Virus record (IMG/VR): IMGVR_UViG_2711768019_000014
DNA from: a virus
Lineage: Duplodnaviria > Heunggongvirae > Uroviricota > Caudoviricetes
Reading direction: 5' to 3' (one strand)
Length of the DNA: 38,087 nucleotides
Shown: positions 10,734 through 20,722 of the stretch, piece after piece
Position numbering within the stretch: the stretch's first letter is position 1
Layout: the number at the start of each line of letters is the position of its first letter
Notes under the pieces: model-generated
Told to the model about the DNA's origin: nothing
Databases searched by the model: none
The model's input: the letters and a program-made list of their open reading frames with translations, nothing else
Made by a program: the position numbers and the translations under genes

Positions 10734-11477
10734 TTAACCTGCTGCGCTGACAGTCACCGTAGCCACTGCCACAAAATTCCCGTCAGCGGTCATGCCCACA
10801 ATGCTGACACTGCCCTGCTTCACGCCTTTCACCGTGGCCACAAGCCCGTTCAGGGTCACCGTGGCAGTCTGTGGATCTGTCGAATGCACACTGATCGCTT
10901 TGTCACTGGCTCCGTCAGGTTTTACTGTAAAGGTCAGCGTGGTGGTTGCTCCCACTTTTACACTGGCAGATGCCGGTGCCACCGTCAGCCCGGTAACGCT
11001 CACTGTTTCAGTGCCTTCCTCTGCCAGATACGGACGCCCCACACCGCTGATTTTCACTGTGCGGGTCATCACGTCTTTTGAGGCAATGGTTTTACCCAGT
11101 GAACTCAGCCAGCCACGGAAAACATCAACAGTACCGTTGGGATATTTGATACGAAACGCGCAGACTTCACCGGAGTCGAACAACTGAACCAGTTTTTTCT
11201 GCCCGCTGTCACCCGGACGCCAGGCCAGCGTCGCCGAAGTATCACCAACGGATTTCTGCCCCTGGGTTGTCGTTTTCCAGTCTGCATCTTCATCATCGAG
11301 ATAAGTGTCATCTTCTGCATCAGCGGTCATTTCGCCAGGTTGCAGATCCTTCACCATCGCAAGACGCAGCCAGTCAGTGTCCGATAAAGGGTTCGCAAAC
11401 GCATCGCCCTTGCCGGTATACATCCAGAACGTCGTTCCCGCACCTTTCGTTTTTGCCAGTGGATTTGGTGTGGTCAT
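10734..11477 (-). CDS. V: Major tail protein V with a C-terminal Ig-like domain
   Basis: Start ATG 11477 with AAGGAGG upstream (MTTPNPLAKTKGAGTTFWMY...); Thr/Val-rich Ig-like C-terminal region; position between U and G. Confidence 0.85.
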   Translation of the reverse strand: MTTPNPLAKTKGAGTTFWMYTGKGDAFANPLSDTDWLRLAMVKDLQPGEMTADAEDDTYLDDEDADWKTTTQGQKSVGDTSATLAWRPGDSGQKKLVQLFDSGEVCAFRIKYPNGTVDVFRGWLSSLGKTIASKDVMTRTVKISGVGRPYLAEEGTETVSVTGLTVAPASASVKVGATTTLTFTVKPDGASDKAISVHSTDPQTATVTLNGLVATVKGVKQGSVSIVGMTADGNFVAVATVTVSAAG

Positions 11478-11487
11478 TACCACCTCC

Positions 11488-11901
11488 TTAATTCGTGTAC
11501 GTGATCTGGTACGTGATTTCCGCCATCGCCCAGGTGGCCATCTCATTATCACGTTGATAGTTAAAACCGAGTGGGATCAGGGTGTCGATGAGTCCGGAAA
11601 GTGCTGGTACATCATTCAAGGCCGGGAAAATGGTGCTCTCCATCCACATATCCAGCTCTGAATCCGGTGCCTGTGCCCGGATGAAGACAGCAATATGCAG
11701 AACAGCCTGCCAGTCATCTTCATCCGTCATTTTTCCGGTGTACTGAGCATCACTCAGCCACACCGCCACGGCAGGCAGTTCCTGCGCATCAACAAATGCC
11801 GGAAGCCCGTCAAAAAACGTGGCGCTGTCTCCACACTGTTCCCGAAGGCGTGCCAGTACGACCTGGCGGATTTGTGTATGTCGGTTCATCGGGTCAGCCA
11901 T
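11488..11901 (-). CDS. U: Minor tail protein U (tail terminator)
   Basis: About 131-137 aa between Z and V; the true start may be the ATG at 11889, which abuts the Z stop. Confidence 0.75.
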   Translation of the reverse strand: MADPMNRHTQIRQVVLARLREQCGDSATFFDGLPAFVDAQELPAVAVWLSDAQYTGKMTDEDDWQAVLHIAVFIRAQAPDSELDMWMESTIFPALNDVPALSGLIDTLIPLGFNYQRDNEMATWAMAEITYQITYTN

Positions 11902-12464
11902 AACCTCAGTTGTTGTTTCAGTGCATACCCCAGCTGTTTCGGCATTTCCGCAGCAATGATGCGGTCGCGGGCATCTTCAAATGCCTGTGTCAGCGGTCCG
12001 GACAGCGGGATTTTCACCACATCAATGGGGTAACGATTTTTGCCATCAATACGCCGCATCACATGCCAGCGACCATTCGCCAGTTGCTGAATAAACGCAT
12101 CCCGGAAAAGATATTTACCCACCTTCAGCACACTGCCACGGTACTGCAGTTTTCCACCACGCCGGGCCAGTCTGACCCGGGCTGTCCCCAGCTTAATGGC
12201 GGGCAGATTGCCCCGGTTAACGCGGATCCTGGCCGTCATTTTTCCTGACGGACTGGCTTTAAACACCCGGACACGCTGACGTACCAGTTTCAGGGGGATC
12301 CCTTTCACCTGGTTATCTCCCGCAACGGTATTCCCGGCAACCTGCCGGGTGGCAACCGAGACCGCTTTCTGTGCCACACGGTTTATCGCCCATGCGCTGG
12401 CCTGTGGCACCATACGGGTATCAAGGCTGTTCAGATTGCGGATGGCATTCTCAAGCCCCTTCAT
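11886..12464 (-). CDS. Z: Tail completion protein Z
   Basis: 192 aa between the FII-like gene and U; basic protein; lambda-like position and size. Confidence 0.7.
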   Translation of the reverse strand: MKGLENAIRNLNSLDTRMVPQASAWAINRVAQKAVSVATRQVAGNTVAGDNQVKGIPLKLVRQRVRVFKASPSGKMTARIRVNRGNLPAIKLGTARVRLARRGGKLQYRGSVLKVGKYLFRDAFIQQLANGRWHVMRRIDGKNRYPIDVVKIPLSGPLTQAFEDARDRIIAAEMPKQLGYALKQQLRLWLTR

Positions 12465-12475
12465 CCCACACCTCT

Positions 12476-12751
12476 TTACTCAATAAAGATCATTGGCTTA
12501 CCGTTAAAGCGTTCATGCCGTGTGACCGTCCATTGTTGTCCGTCATAAACAACGCGATCCCCGCGCCGTGGGCGGTATCCCGAAGAAAACACCACCAGAG
12601 AGACCGCAGGTCCGGACAGAGCATTCAGCTCTGCCAGTGTTTCTCCCGGGATCACAGTCATATCGACATCATTAATCGAGGCTGTCTTTCCCATCTTTCT
12701 GACCGTGATCGCATCCATACGCGCTGCCAGCCGGGAAAAGGGATCAGACAT
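12476..12751 (-). CDS. Head-tail connector protein (FII-like)
   Basis: 91-aa ORF between the head genes and Z; assigned by position. Confidence 0.55.
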   Translation of the reverse strand: MSDPFSRLAARMDAITVRKMGKTASINDVDMTVIPGETLAELNALSGPAVSLVVFSSGYRPRRGDRVVYDGQQWTVTRHERFNGKPMIFIE

Positions 12752-13067
12752 TGAGTTTTACCGGCACTTCTTCTGCACTGGTTCCGGCATCTGCCCAGAC
12801 AACCCCGACCAGCGGATCAGAGCCGCTGTTAGTCAGCTGAACTTTTCCGGACTTCAGATAAACCTTCTTACCCGTTTTCATGTCATCCGTTTTCAGCTTA
12901 GGCAGCATAAACACACCTTCGGTCAGGCCGTCGCCTGTTTCACCCTGTGGAATATCGGTCAGTGCCACCGCAAAAACATCACCCACCTGCACCAGATCTC
13001 CGCTGCTGATGGCTGCACTGGCAACAATCGCCACCGTTTTTCCTTCTTCTACAAAATTCTTTGCCAT
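12744..13067 (-). CDS. Small head-associated protein (DUF2190-like candidate decoration protein)
   Basis: Start ATG 13067 with GGAG 6 nt upstream (MAKNFVEEGKTVAIVASAAISSGDLV...); immediately downstream of the capsid gene and its terminator. Confidence 0.55.
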   Translation of the reverse strand: MAKNFVEEGKTVAIVASAAISSGDLVQVGDVFAVALTDIPQGETGDGLTEGVFMLPKLKTDDMKTGKKVYLKSGKVQLTNSGSDPLVGVVWADAGTSAEEVPVKLNV

Positions 13068-13110
13068 AACTGTCTCCGCACAGCCCCGTTCAGGGGCTGA
13101 TTTCAGGTAC

Positions 13111-13130
13111 AAAAAAAGCCCTTACGGGCC
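13111..13130 (-). terminator. Rho-independent terminator downstream of the capsid gene
   Basis: Minus-strand gcccgtaagggc hairpin followed by T7. Confidence 0.5.
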
Positions 13131-13153
13131 ATCAGAGTTGTTGTCTGCGACGT

Positions 13154-15112
13154 TTACGCCGTACATTTCACCAGACCGCGGTGATCAACTGGCGCGACAC
13201 CGGCGTCAATACGCACTTTCGTTGTCACGCCATCCACACTGAAGCCCTCCATCTGATCAATATATGGCGTATCCACACCGTTGAGATAAGCCACTTCAAT
13301 CGTATCGGAGCCTTTTGACGCAGCCAGGTAGAAGGTGGTCTGGCTGTTATCATCAAGACGAGGCTCTGCAATAACGGTCGCAAAATCTTTCACCGGGTTA
13401 ATAATACCGGCGTTAATGTCGGCCCCCTTGACACTTGAGGAGCGAATGACCTGGTTAGCAACAGACTCCATCGCCGTCGGTACCAGTACGAACGCAGGAC
13501 GAATATTCAGATGACGCTCCCCCTCTTTCTGAACGCGCATCAACTGGCGGGCTTTATCCAGCGATGCCACGTCCATTGCAGCGCTATCCAGTACGTTTGC
13601 ATGTTTCGCTTTATCGAACAGACTTACATTATCTGTGGAGATTTTCGGGTTAGACGTCAGAATGGCATAAACCAGATCGGCAATAGTGGATTTCGCCGCA
13701 CGGCCCAGTTTCATCGGGACATCGGTCAGCATATTCAGATCATCATTGATAATGGCCTGACGGGTGATACTGAACAGCTCGCCATAGGTCGCCAGTGCAA
13801 TAGTGGCCTGTTTATCTCCGGTGGTGACGTATTTATATTCCGCCCCTTCACGCACCTGACGCAGAGCACTGAAGCCCCCCATACCCACACGATGGGCAAT
13901 TTTAAAATCAGACAACTGACCTTTCCGCGTCCACTGTTCATAGGTTTCAGGGGCATCTTCCCAGCCCTGCAGAATGGCTTTGTTCGCAACATCCAGCAGA
14001 ATATTACCGAAGTCAGACGTACTGTGTGTGAACGCCGCACCGACCATCTGCATCGGGTTATAACTGGAAACCCCAATACCCCGTTCAGTCAGTGACATAC
14101 GGGCATATTCACGCAGGGTCATCCCGTTGTAGACATTATCACGTTCGGTTTTTTCAAATCCGGCACGCGCCATCAGCGCCTGGCGGATCCCGTCCCCCAC
14201 AAAATTACCGTTTCCGGCATAAATATGAGCCGGGGTATTTTTATTGGATGGCGTGGACTCGCGCCCCATCTCGTTCAACAGCTTTTCGCGGGCCTGCTCC
14301 AGCGAACATTCAGGATCGGCAAGACACTGAGCCTGCAGCGTCTGATAACGCCCGCCAAACATGGCAAACAGATCATTAATACCGTTTACACGCGCTTTTT
14401 GCTCTGCCAGTACCTGCGCACGGATACTGTTTTCATCCACCACGGGTGCTGCTGCCTGCACTGGCGTCCGGGAGGCTGCAGGTTCATCATCCTGTACGCG
14501 TGGAGCACTGTTGCGTGGCGGAGTAATCATGTTTCGAATGGATTCCGGCATCTTTTTAAATTCCTCTGTACGTTTTGACTGAATACATGCCATTGCCTTA
14601 ACGGCTGGCGTCACCTGATCAGCAAATCCCTGTGCCAGACATTCGGCACCGGACATCCAGGTCTCATCCGCCAGCATGGCAGCAATTTCATCGGTGGTTT
14701 TCCCGGTTTTCTGTGCATAAGCGGGTAACAGAACCGCCTCAACCTTATCGAGCAGGTCGGCATAGGTGCGCATGTCCTCCGCATCACCGCCCGTAAAGCC
14801 AAATGGTTTATGAATCATCATGAAGGTGTTTTCCGGCATAATGACCGGGTTTCCCACCATCGCAATGACCGACGCCATTGACGCCGCCACACCGTCGACA
14901 TAAACGGTAATGGACGCACCATGTGTTTTCAGCGCATTAAAAATGGCGATGCCTTCAAAGACATCGCCACCCGGTGAATTAATATGGAGATTAATGTGGG
15001 TGATATCGCCCAGTGCATTCAGATCACTGATAAACTGCTTCGCTGTAACACCCCAGAAACCAATCTCGTCATAAATATAAATATCCGCGTCACTCTGGTG
15101 ACCAGCCTGCAT
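13154..15112 (-). CDS. ClpP-like prohead protease fused to major capsid protein
   Basis: N-terminal region carries ClpP-family motifs (HINSPGGDV..., GVAASMASVIAMVG with candidate Ser nucleophile); a large C-terminal capsid-like domain follows; start ATG 15112 chosen to avoid the portal gene. Confidence 0.8.
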   Translation of the reverse strand: MQAGHQSDADIYIYDEIGFWGVTAKQFISDLNALGDITHINLHINSPGGDVFEGIAIFNALKTHGASITVYVDGVAASMASVIAMVGNPVIMPENTFMMIHKPFGFTGGDAEDMRTYADLLDKVEAVLLPAYAQKTGKTTDEIAAMLADETWMSGAECLAQGFADQVTPAVKAMACIQSKRTEEFKKMPESIRNMITPPRNSAPRVQDDEPAASRTPVQAAAPVVDENSIRAQVLAEQKARVNGINDLFAMFGGRYQTLQAQCLADPECSLEQAREKLLNEMGRESTPSNKNTPAHIYAGNGNFVGDGIRQALMARAGFEKTERDNVYNGMTLREYARMSLTERGIGVSSYNPMQMVGAAFTHSTSDFGNILLDVANKAILQGWEDAPETYEQWTRKGQLSDFKIAHRVGMGGFSALRQVREGAEYKYVTTGDKQATIALATYGELFSITRQAIINDDLNMLTDVPMKLGRAAKSTIADLVYAILTSNPKISTDNVSLFDKAKHANVLDSAAMDVASLDKARQLMRVQKEGERHLNIRPAFVLVPTAMESVANQVIRSSSVKGADINAGIINPVKDFATVIAEPRLDDNSQTTFYLAASKGSDTIEVAYLNGVDTPYIDQMEGFSVDGVTTKVRIDAGVAPVDHRGLVKCTA

Positions 15113-15125
15113 CCTGAACCAGGAA

Positions 15126-16634
15126 TTATTCTTCGGACTGGTCGTCGGTGTGCTGCGGCTCCTGTCGTTTCGTTGCGGCACTGCTGCCTCCTTTATCACT
15201 GGCCGGATCGGTATCAAATACCAGATCCAGCTTGCGGTTTTCATCAATTTCGGCCTTGCGCCGACGTTTGACATCATCCGGATTACGACCACCTGCACGT
15301 ACCCAGTCTGATTCTGTCGCCGCTCCACCACGAATCTGGATTTTCCAGGCCTCAGCCTCCTTAACAGGGTCAATCCACGGCATCACCGGTCCGGAATACA
15401 CCGCGGTATACAGTGAAGAACGGTCAAGATCGCGGGGTAGCCTGATAACACCGGATGCCACAGCCTGTTTCAGCCATGCACGATACATCGGGCGGGTGAC
15501 GGCACCAATAAACCAGTCCTGCAGGATCAGGTAGCCATCAGTAGATTCAACCAGCTCCTGACGCTGGGCGCTGTAAGTGCCGTTATAGTTGCGCGCTGTA
15601 CTGGAAAAACTCAGACGACTGCCCGCCGCCACGGCACGCAACTGACCATTACGAAAAGTTTCAAGGTTAGGATTGGGGCGATCCGACTTCACCATTCCGA
15701 TTTCTTCGCCGGGTTTCAGATCGTCGTAAATAATGCCTGGCTGAATGGTAAGCTCGCGTTCCTTATCCTTGCTGCCATTACCATCCGGTTCATAGCTCTG
15801 CCCGTCGCCTTTGCGGATGTACATCCCCAGAGCAGCGGCGATCCTTGCTGCAGTCAGCTCATAATCTTCATAATCTTTCAGGGCACTGAGGCGGATCAGC
15901 ACACCGGACAACAAAGACGTCCCGCGCATCTGGTGCAGACGGCGAACAAATTTAAGATGCAGCATTCGCTCTGCATCCACTTCTTTGGTTTCCATCTGCC
16001 GTCCGGATACGGGACGGCTTTTATACACCAGATATTTTTCGGGACGCCCCCAGTCATCAACAAACACGCCCTGATTCAGCCTGTTGCTCTCATCACTGGT
16101 CATGGGAATAAAGTCCGGCTCGAGCGCCTCCAGCCAGAAATGAACACCGGCAGAAGGCGTCAGGCTGTTTATGCGCCCGGAAACCATCTGGGCAAACACC
16201 TCACCATCGCGCAGCCAGGTACGCAGCATCAGACGTTCCAGCATCGGACGGGTAAACTGCCCGGTGACTTCCGGGCTGACAGACCATTCACTCCATCGGG
16301 TGCGAATCTCCGCAGCCAGGTCACGGGCAATGGCCCCATTGCGTAATACCGGATGTGGCTCGACAATAATCCCGTTTTTCCCCACCACCCGTTCTTCCAG
16401 CTTGTCAAATACACCAATAACCAGATCGTGGTTGTTATCAAGGTAACGGGCCTGCTCACGTAACGACACGGCCCCGTACTGGCTTAACTGGTCGGCAGTT
16501 CGGTTTTCCCGCCGGCCTTTGTGTGTCCGCGTCGTTTTTACGGCCTCATAAGCCTGGATCACCGCACGGGAACGCAGCCTTGCCGCTTTCCATCCTGGTG
16601 AAAAAACGCCAATCACATCATCAAGAATTGCCAT
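15126..16634 (-). CDS. Portal protein
   Basis: About 502 aa between W-like and the protease-capsid gene; start ATG overlaps the W stop (TGATG); acidic C-terminal tail. Confidence 0.8.
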   Translation of the reverse strand: MAILDDVIGVFSPGWKAARLRSRAVIQAYEAVKTTRTHKGRRENRTADQLSQYGAVSLREQARYLDNNHDLVIGVFDKLEERVVGKNGIIVEPHPVLRNGAIARDLAAEIRTRWSEWSVSPEVTGQFTRPMLERLMLRTWLRDGEVFAQMVSGRINSLTPSAGVHFWLEALEPDFIPMTSDESNRLNQGVFVDDWGRPEKYLVYKSRPVSGRQMETKEVDAERMLHLKFVRRLHQMRGTSLLSGVLIRLSALKDYEDYELTAARIAAALGMYIRKGDGQSYEPDGNGSKDKERELTIQPGIIYDDLKPGEEIGMVKSDRPNPNLETFRNGQLRAVAAGSRLSFSSTARNYNGTYSAQRQELVESTDGYLILQDWFIGAVTRPMYRAWLKQAVASGVIRLPRDLDRSSLYTAVYSGPVMPWIDPVKEAEAWKIQIRGGAATESDWVRAGGRNPDDVKRRRKAEIDENRKLDLVFDTDPASDKGGSSAATKRQEPQHTDDQSEE

Positions 16635-16846
16635 CAGAACCTCGCCAGCCGGTACCCGGGATGCCCCCGTCGTCGTGTAATCAGAGCCGCAAGGCGGCGC
16701 TCCCACTCCTGCCGTCCCTGCCGGATCTCAGATAAGTTTTCCATGGTCATCTGCTGACCATTAAAGGTGACGGATTTTCCGTCCAGCACCGCCATTTCAG
16801 CTTCCGTATAACGCTGAATCATGGCTTCAATATCATTCTGGTTCAT
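16634..16846 (-). CDS. Head-tail joining protein (gpW-like)
   Basis: About 70 aa; ATGA overlap with the terminase large subunit stop; GGAGG upstream; lies between terminase and portal like lambda W. Confidence 0.6.
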   Translation of the reverse strand: MNQNDIEAMIQRYTEAEMAVLDGKSVTFNGQQMTMENLSEIRQGRQEWERRLAALITRRRGHPGYRLARF

Positions 16847-18945
16847 AACCATCCTCCGGAAGTCAGCCAGGGGTTAACATCGTCAGTTACTGTTTTCTTC
16901 CGTTTTTGTTTTTTAACAGGCGTGGATACCGGTTCCGGTGAGGGTGACGGTTCGGTACTGTCCGGGACACACTCCAGCCAGGTTTCCCGGCTCGCCCACT
17001 CCGGTGCATCCGGCCAGCGGATCTTTTCGTATCCATGCAGAATGACCAGAGCCTCGGCATACACCATCAGGTCAAAAGCTTCGTTGGCACCGCGACCCGG
17101 CTTACTCCATTTCCCGTCACTGCTCCGCTCTTCATACGTCAGTTCGTCGTAAAACCAGCTCCCCAGCCAGTCAGGGAAATGCACATAGCCGGGACCTGGC
17201 GAGTCACGCCATAACGCGTTATTCACCCGGTCTTTCAGTGCATCCGTCTGAAGAAGCCAGAGCGGCACATCACCTGCGGCCTGCGCCCGTCGGCCCGTTC
17301 GTCCGGTGTTATCAGGGAATGTACGGGTGATCAGTTTTGCGCGCCGGATGCTGTCGCCCTTAAACAGGTAAATACGTTTACCAAGGCCATCACGACGGCA
17401 ACGACGCCAGAATTTATAGGCATTATCAGTGACCCCGTCTTCACCGCCGGAGTCCACCGCCATTGCCATCAGTCGCATTTGTTGAGAAGGATCGGAGGCC
17501 AGCGGCCAGCTTTTATGAAAAACATCCGTCAGCAGGACATCCCAGTCTTCCGGATAGCTGGCCGGATCAATTCGCTGGCTCTCCCCGTCGCTGTCACCGC
17601 GCAATGACTGCGTGATGTTGTAACGATCAATAATCCAGCGTTCGCCACGGCTGCCATAGCCCGTTACCTGAACCACAAAACGGCGATGACGTCCCGCCTG
17701 CACATCCACTGTCGCCACAAGGAAATTAACGCCATCCGGCACACTGCGGGAAGGAACTGGCTCTGCCCGCTGCTCAAGCAGTTCACTTTTTCGTTGCTCC
17801 ATGCTGGCGCGGGGAAGATAAGGTAATCCCCAGTCGGTATTGATAACCGTCTTGAGTGTTTCTTCACTTCCGGTTGTCTCGTATTCCTGTTCTGCAGTAA
17901 GCAGTTTGTAAACGAGTTGCGAGAGTGTCTGGTAAGCAGCTGCCGGACCCTCCATCCAGAATGACGCAATACGTGAGCGTCGGGGATCACCATAACGACT
18001 GCCATCCGCATTGATGGATTCACCATCCCGCAACCAGACCCCACGTCCGTTCAGCTCACGTTTGTGTTCAGGCATAATCCGTCCTGAACAGGAAGGACAC
18101 TGAATATAAGCCGCCTCACTTGCCAGCACGGGATCGGCAATATCACGGAAACCAGCAACCACATCGCCGCAGGGCTGAAAATACTCACCACAGTGTGGAC
18201 AGGGCCAGTACCAGCGACGGCGATCGCCACGGTTATAGAGCGACAGTATCCCCGTGGTTGGTGGAGCCTCATGCGGTGAAGTCCGTCGCCATTTCACATC
18301 CTTCACATCCCTGCCGGGGGAACTCTCCACAAGCGTCATACCACTGGACATAAATGTTGTGGTACGTTTTGAGGCAAGAGAGAAAGCATCCCCCTCGCCA
18401 TCAATATCTTCCGGAAAACGGTCATAATCCGTCAGCGCGACGCATTTATAATCTGATGAGGACATGATATTGACTGACGGCCAGCCGATTTTCAGGTAGT
18501 TACCAGCAAGGAATGTTCTGTCATAAACGTTGTTGTCATTTTTGTTCGGACTCAGGCGACTGACCACTTCCGGGCTGACGCGAAACGTTCTGGCGAGTCG
18601 TTTTTTGGAGTGTTCGCGGGCTTTTTCCTCCGTCATCTGAATGATCAGCATATCAGCAGGATCGCAAATCACGTTGTAAATCACCCAGCCGTCAATCAGG
18701 CCGATAGTCTTGCCGGTTCGTGCCGGGCCAACAAATATCACTGCGTCGTATTCACGCGAGGCCAGGCAGTTCATCGGCTCAATAACATACGGTGCCACCA
18801 GCGGATCCCACGGGACTGAGTTCCCTGCCCCCATGGGCACCCGCATATACTGAGCAACGGCATCAGCAACCCGCATTCGTCTCGGTGCGCGAAGGATATA
18901 ACCTGAATCGGTTCGTGCTGCCTTTGCGGTTTCCTGATTCAGCAT
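16843..18945 (-). CDS. Terminase large subunit (lambda gpA family)
   Basis: 700 aa; Walker A-like FVGPARTGKT; Cys motif CPHCGEYFQPCGD; follows the small subunit with a 1-nt overlap. Confidence 0.85.
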   Translation of the reverse strand: MLNQETAKAARTDSGYILRAPRRMRVADAVAQYMRVPMGAGNSVPWDPLVAPYVIEPMNCLASREYDAVIFVGPARTGKTIGLIDGWVIYNVICDPADMLIIQMTEEKAREHSKKRLARTFRVSPEVVSRLSPNKNDNNVYDRTFLAGNYLKIGWPSVNIMSSSDYKCVALTDYDRFPEDIDGEGDAFSLASKRTTTFMSSGMTLVESSPGRDVKDVKWRRTSPHEAPPTTGILSLYNRGDRRRWYWPCPHCGEYFQPCGDVVAGFRDIADPVLASEAAYIQCPSCSGRIMPEHKRELNGRGVWLRDGESINADGSRYGDPRRSRIASFWMEGPAAAYQTLSQLVYKLLTAEQEYETTGSEETLKTVINTDWGLPYLPRASMEQRKSELLEQRAEPVPSRSVPDGVNFLVATVDVQAGRHRRFVVQVTGYGSRGERWIIDRYNITQSLRGDSDGESQRIDPASYPEDWDVLLTDVFHKSWPLASDPSQQMRLMAMAVDSGGEDGVTDNAYKFWRRCRRDGLGKRIYLFKGDSIRRAKLITRTFPDNTGRTGRRAQAAGDVPLWLLQTDALKDRVNNALWRDSPGPGYVHFPDWLGSWFYDELTYEERSSDGKWSKPGRGANEAFDLMVYAEALVILHGYEKIRWPDAPEWASRETWLECVPDSTEPSPSPEPVSTPVKKQKRKKTVTDDVNPWLTSGGWL

Positions 18946-19439
18946 TACTCCTCCTGCTGTAATTCCTCCTCATCATCCGCACCTGCTTCAGTCACCCGCA
19001 GGGCTATCTGATCGCGCAGATCATCAATAATGGACTGAACACGGCTCACAGCGGCAGGCTGCAGACCGCAGTCACGTTCCAGAATATCCGGTAATGTCTC
19101 CAGCACCTGCACGACCGCTTTTGCCCAGATGGCAAACTCCCGTCTGACATCACTGGCCGGAATGAGTTGTGCCGTTTCCTGTTCGAACTTAAGACGCTCA
19201 CGTTCAGACTGATACCAGGCTTTGCGCTCATGCGCGTCCATTTCGCCTTCTGCAACCGGCGGTGGCAATGCCAGAAATGCCGACACAATATCAACCACCC
19301 GATAAAGCTTGAGGTTGCTTTCATGCCCCCCTGCAACGGGTAGATTTTGCAGCCTTGCCGCAGCAGTCTGGCGATGTACACCTGACAGTGCCGCCAGTTG
19401 ACTGATATTCAGCGTCAGATTTTTTAACTCTCGATCCAT
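18945..19439 (-). CDS. Terminase small subunit (Nu1-like, N-terminal helix-turn-helix)
   Basis: 164 aa; N-terminal HTH (LTLNISQLAALSGVHRQTAAARL), acidic C-terminus; directly upstream of the large subunit and downstream of the cos-like site. Confidence 0.75.
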   Translation of the reverse strand: MDRELKNLTLNISQLAALSGVHRQTAAARLQNLPVAGGHESNLKLYRVVDIVSAFLALPPPVAEGEMDAHERKAWYQSERERLKFEQETAQLIPASDVRREFAIWAKAVVQVLETLPDILERDCGLQPAAVSRVQSIIDDLRDQIALRVTEAGADDEEELQQEE

Positions 19440-19543
19440 ACCCGCTCCAGAATGTTTTAAACATGCATCTCGCGAACAACTTTAGGCAAACGGTGTTAGT
19501 GATGAACAAAAAACAATCAAAATCGACACCATAAAAACAAAAC

Positions 19544-19571
19544 CACTGTAATATCAATCTATTACAGTGGT
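19544..19571. repeat. Perfect 10-bp inverted repeat CCACTGTAAT-N8-ATTACAGTGG between cos and the terminase genes (candidate cosB-type binding site)
   Basis: Read directly from the sequence. Confidence 0.5.
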
Positions 19572-19600
19572 GGTGATGACGAATGAAATTTCAAAAACTA

Positions 19601-19630
19601 GCCTTTTTCCGCGACGCTCCCGCCCCGTGG
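19601..19630 (-). other. Candidate cos site (cosN-like)
   Basis: Minus strand reads ACGGGGCGGGAGCGTCGCGGAAAAAGGC, which resembles the lambda cosN region as I recall it (GGGCGGCGACCTCGCGGGTTTTCGC); lies about 170 nt upstream of the small terminase start. Confidence 0.45.
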
Positions 19631-20254
19631 CAGGCCACTCCACCGGGAGGACCCGTCAGCCTGACAGACATGACGAACGTCTGATACAGCGCCTTGCATG
19701 AATGGCATCGGGATAATCCAGAAAGGAATAGCATCGTGCCCACAAGAATCTGTGTGAGTATCCTGTTTCTTCCACCCCCGCACAGGACTGGCGAGCATGA
19801 GGGACAAACCCGCGAACCATAAACGCGGTAAAAACCCGGTGTGCATCGTTTTTGATTATTCCCGCACACTCTCGCAGAAGGAGTTCCCCGTCGGGCTACG
19901 GTCTCTGTTAATACGGGAATACGGCGACGATACAGCGCATGATGTGTCAGGCTTGAATACCTTTATCCGTTAAAAGGGATATCAGTTAAGTTATCCCGTG
20001 TAGGGTATAAGCCATTATCAAAGCCACTCTGTAGGGAGTGGCTTTTGTAATGGCAATAAAAAGCCCCGCGAATGCGAGGCTAAATCCAGGTATTTTTAAT
20101 GACTGGCTCTTATTTCAACGCAGCCCCTTACCGCGCGCCAGATGCTCAACTTCAAGCATCAGCAATGAGATGTTTAATCTGGATTCACTCCAGAAGTGAT
20201 CACCACCCTGTCTACAGAGCCAAATGTGAAGGATGATGAGTAAAATTATCGCTA

Positions 20255-20722
20255 TCATCGAAGGCATTGCGTCCTGATATATTCCTGAAGCGTTCTCAGT
20301 GCTGTCTGGTCTCTGATGATTCCGTCCCGGATACCGAGAACGTTTCGTCCAGCAACTGGAGAGAGTTCGACGGTGGCATCATTGCCCATGCCGGAGGCGC
20401 TGGAGGTTTCGGCTGAGGATGGCACAGGGCATTTTCCTTTGACGAGCACCCGACCACCATTATCAAGCTTGCGCCGAAGAGCATCATTTTCAGCTTTCGC
20501 ATCAGCCAACTCCTTCGTGTATTTAGCATCGAGTACATCAGCAGCACGCTGGCGTTGCTGCATGTCAGTAATGGTGGCGGTCGCCTGCTTCAGCTCACTG
20601 ACTTTTTTATCACGCTGTTCTTTGTAGGCGATGGCGTTATCACGGTAATGATTGACCGCCCACGACAGGCAGACGATGATGCAGATAACCAGAGCATAAA
20701 TAATCGCGGCGACTCTGCTCAC
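20255..20722 (-). CDS. Rz: Rz i-spanin
   Basis: N-terminal transmembrane segment ([19 protein letters not shown]), coiled-coil middle; likely GTG start overlapping the lysozyme stop. Confidence 0.8.
   Translation of the reverse strand: MSRVAAIIYALVICIIVCLSWAVNHYRDNAIAYKEQRDKKVSELKQATATITDMQQRQRAADVLDAKYTKELADAKAENDALRRKLDNGGRVLVKGKCPVPSSAETSSASGMGNDATVELSPVAGRNVLGIRDGIIRDQTALRTLQEYIRTQCLR
20296..20502 (-). CDS. Rz1: Rz1 o-spanin lipoprotein, embedded out of frame inside Rz
   Basis: [21 protein letters not shown] lipobox followed by a Pro-rich region ([11 protein letters not shown]); entirely within Rz. Confidence 0.75.
   Translation of the reverse strand: MRKLKMMLFGASLIMVVGCSSKENALCHPQPKPPAPPAWAMMPPSNSLQLLDETFSVSGTESSETRQH

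Noticed and set aside
13511-14582. Plus-strand ORFs (for example 13511..14095) inside the protease-capsid gene
   Set aside because: Antisense shadow ORFs within a well-supported coding region.
19591-19869. Minus-strand ORFs of 82-92 aa overlapping the cos-like site
   Set aside because: They overlap the candidate cos site, have no Shine-Dalgarno, and their translations are Cys/Arg/Gly-rich, typical of GC-rich noncoding sequence.
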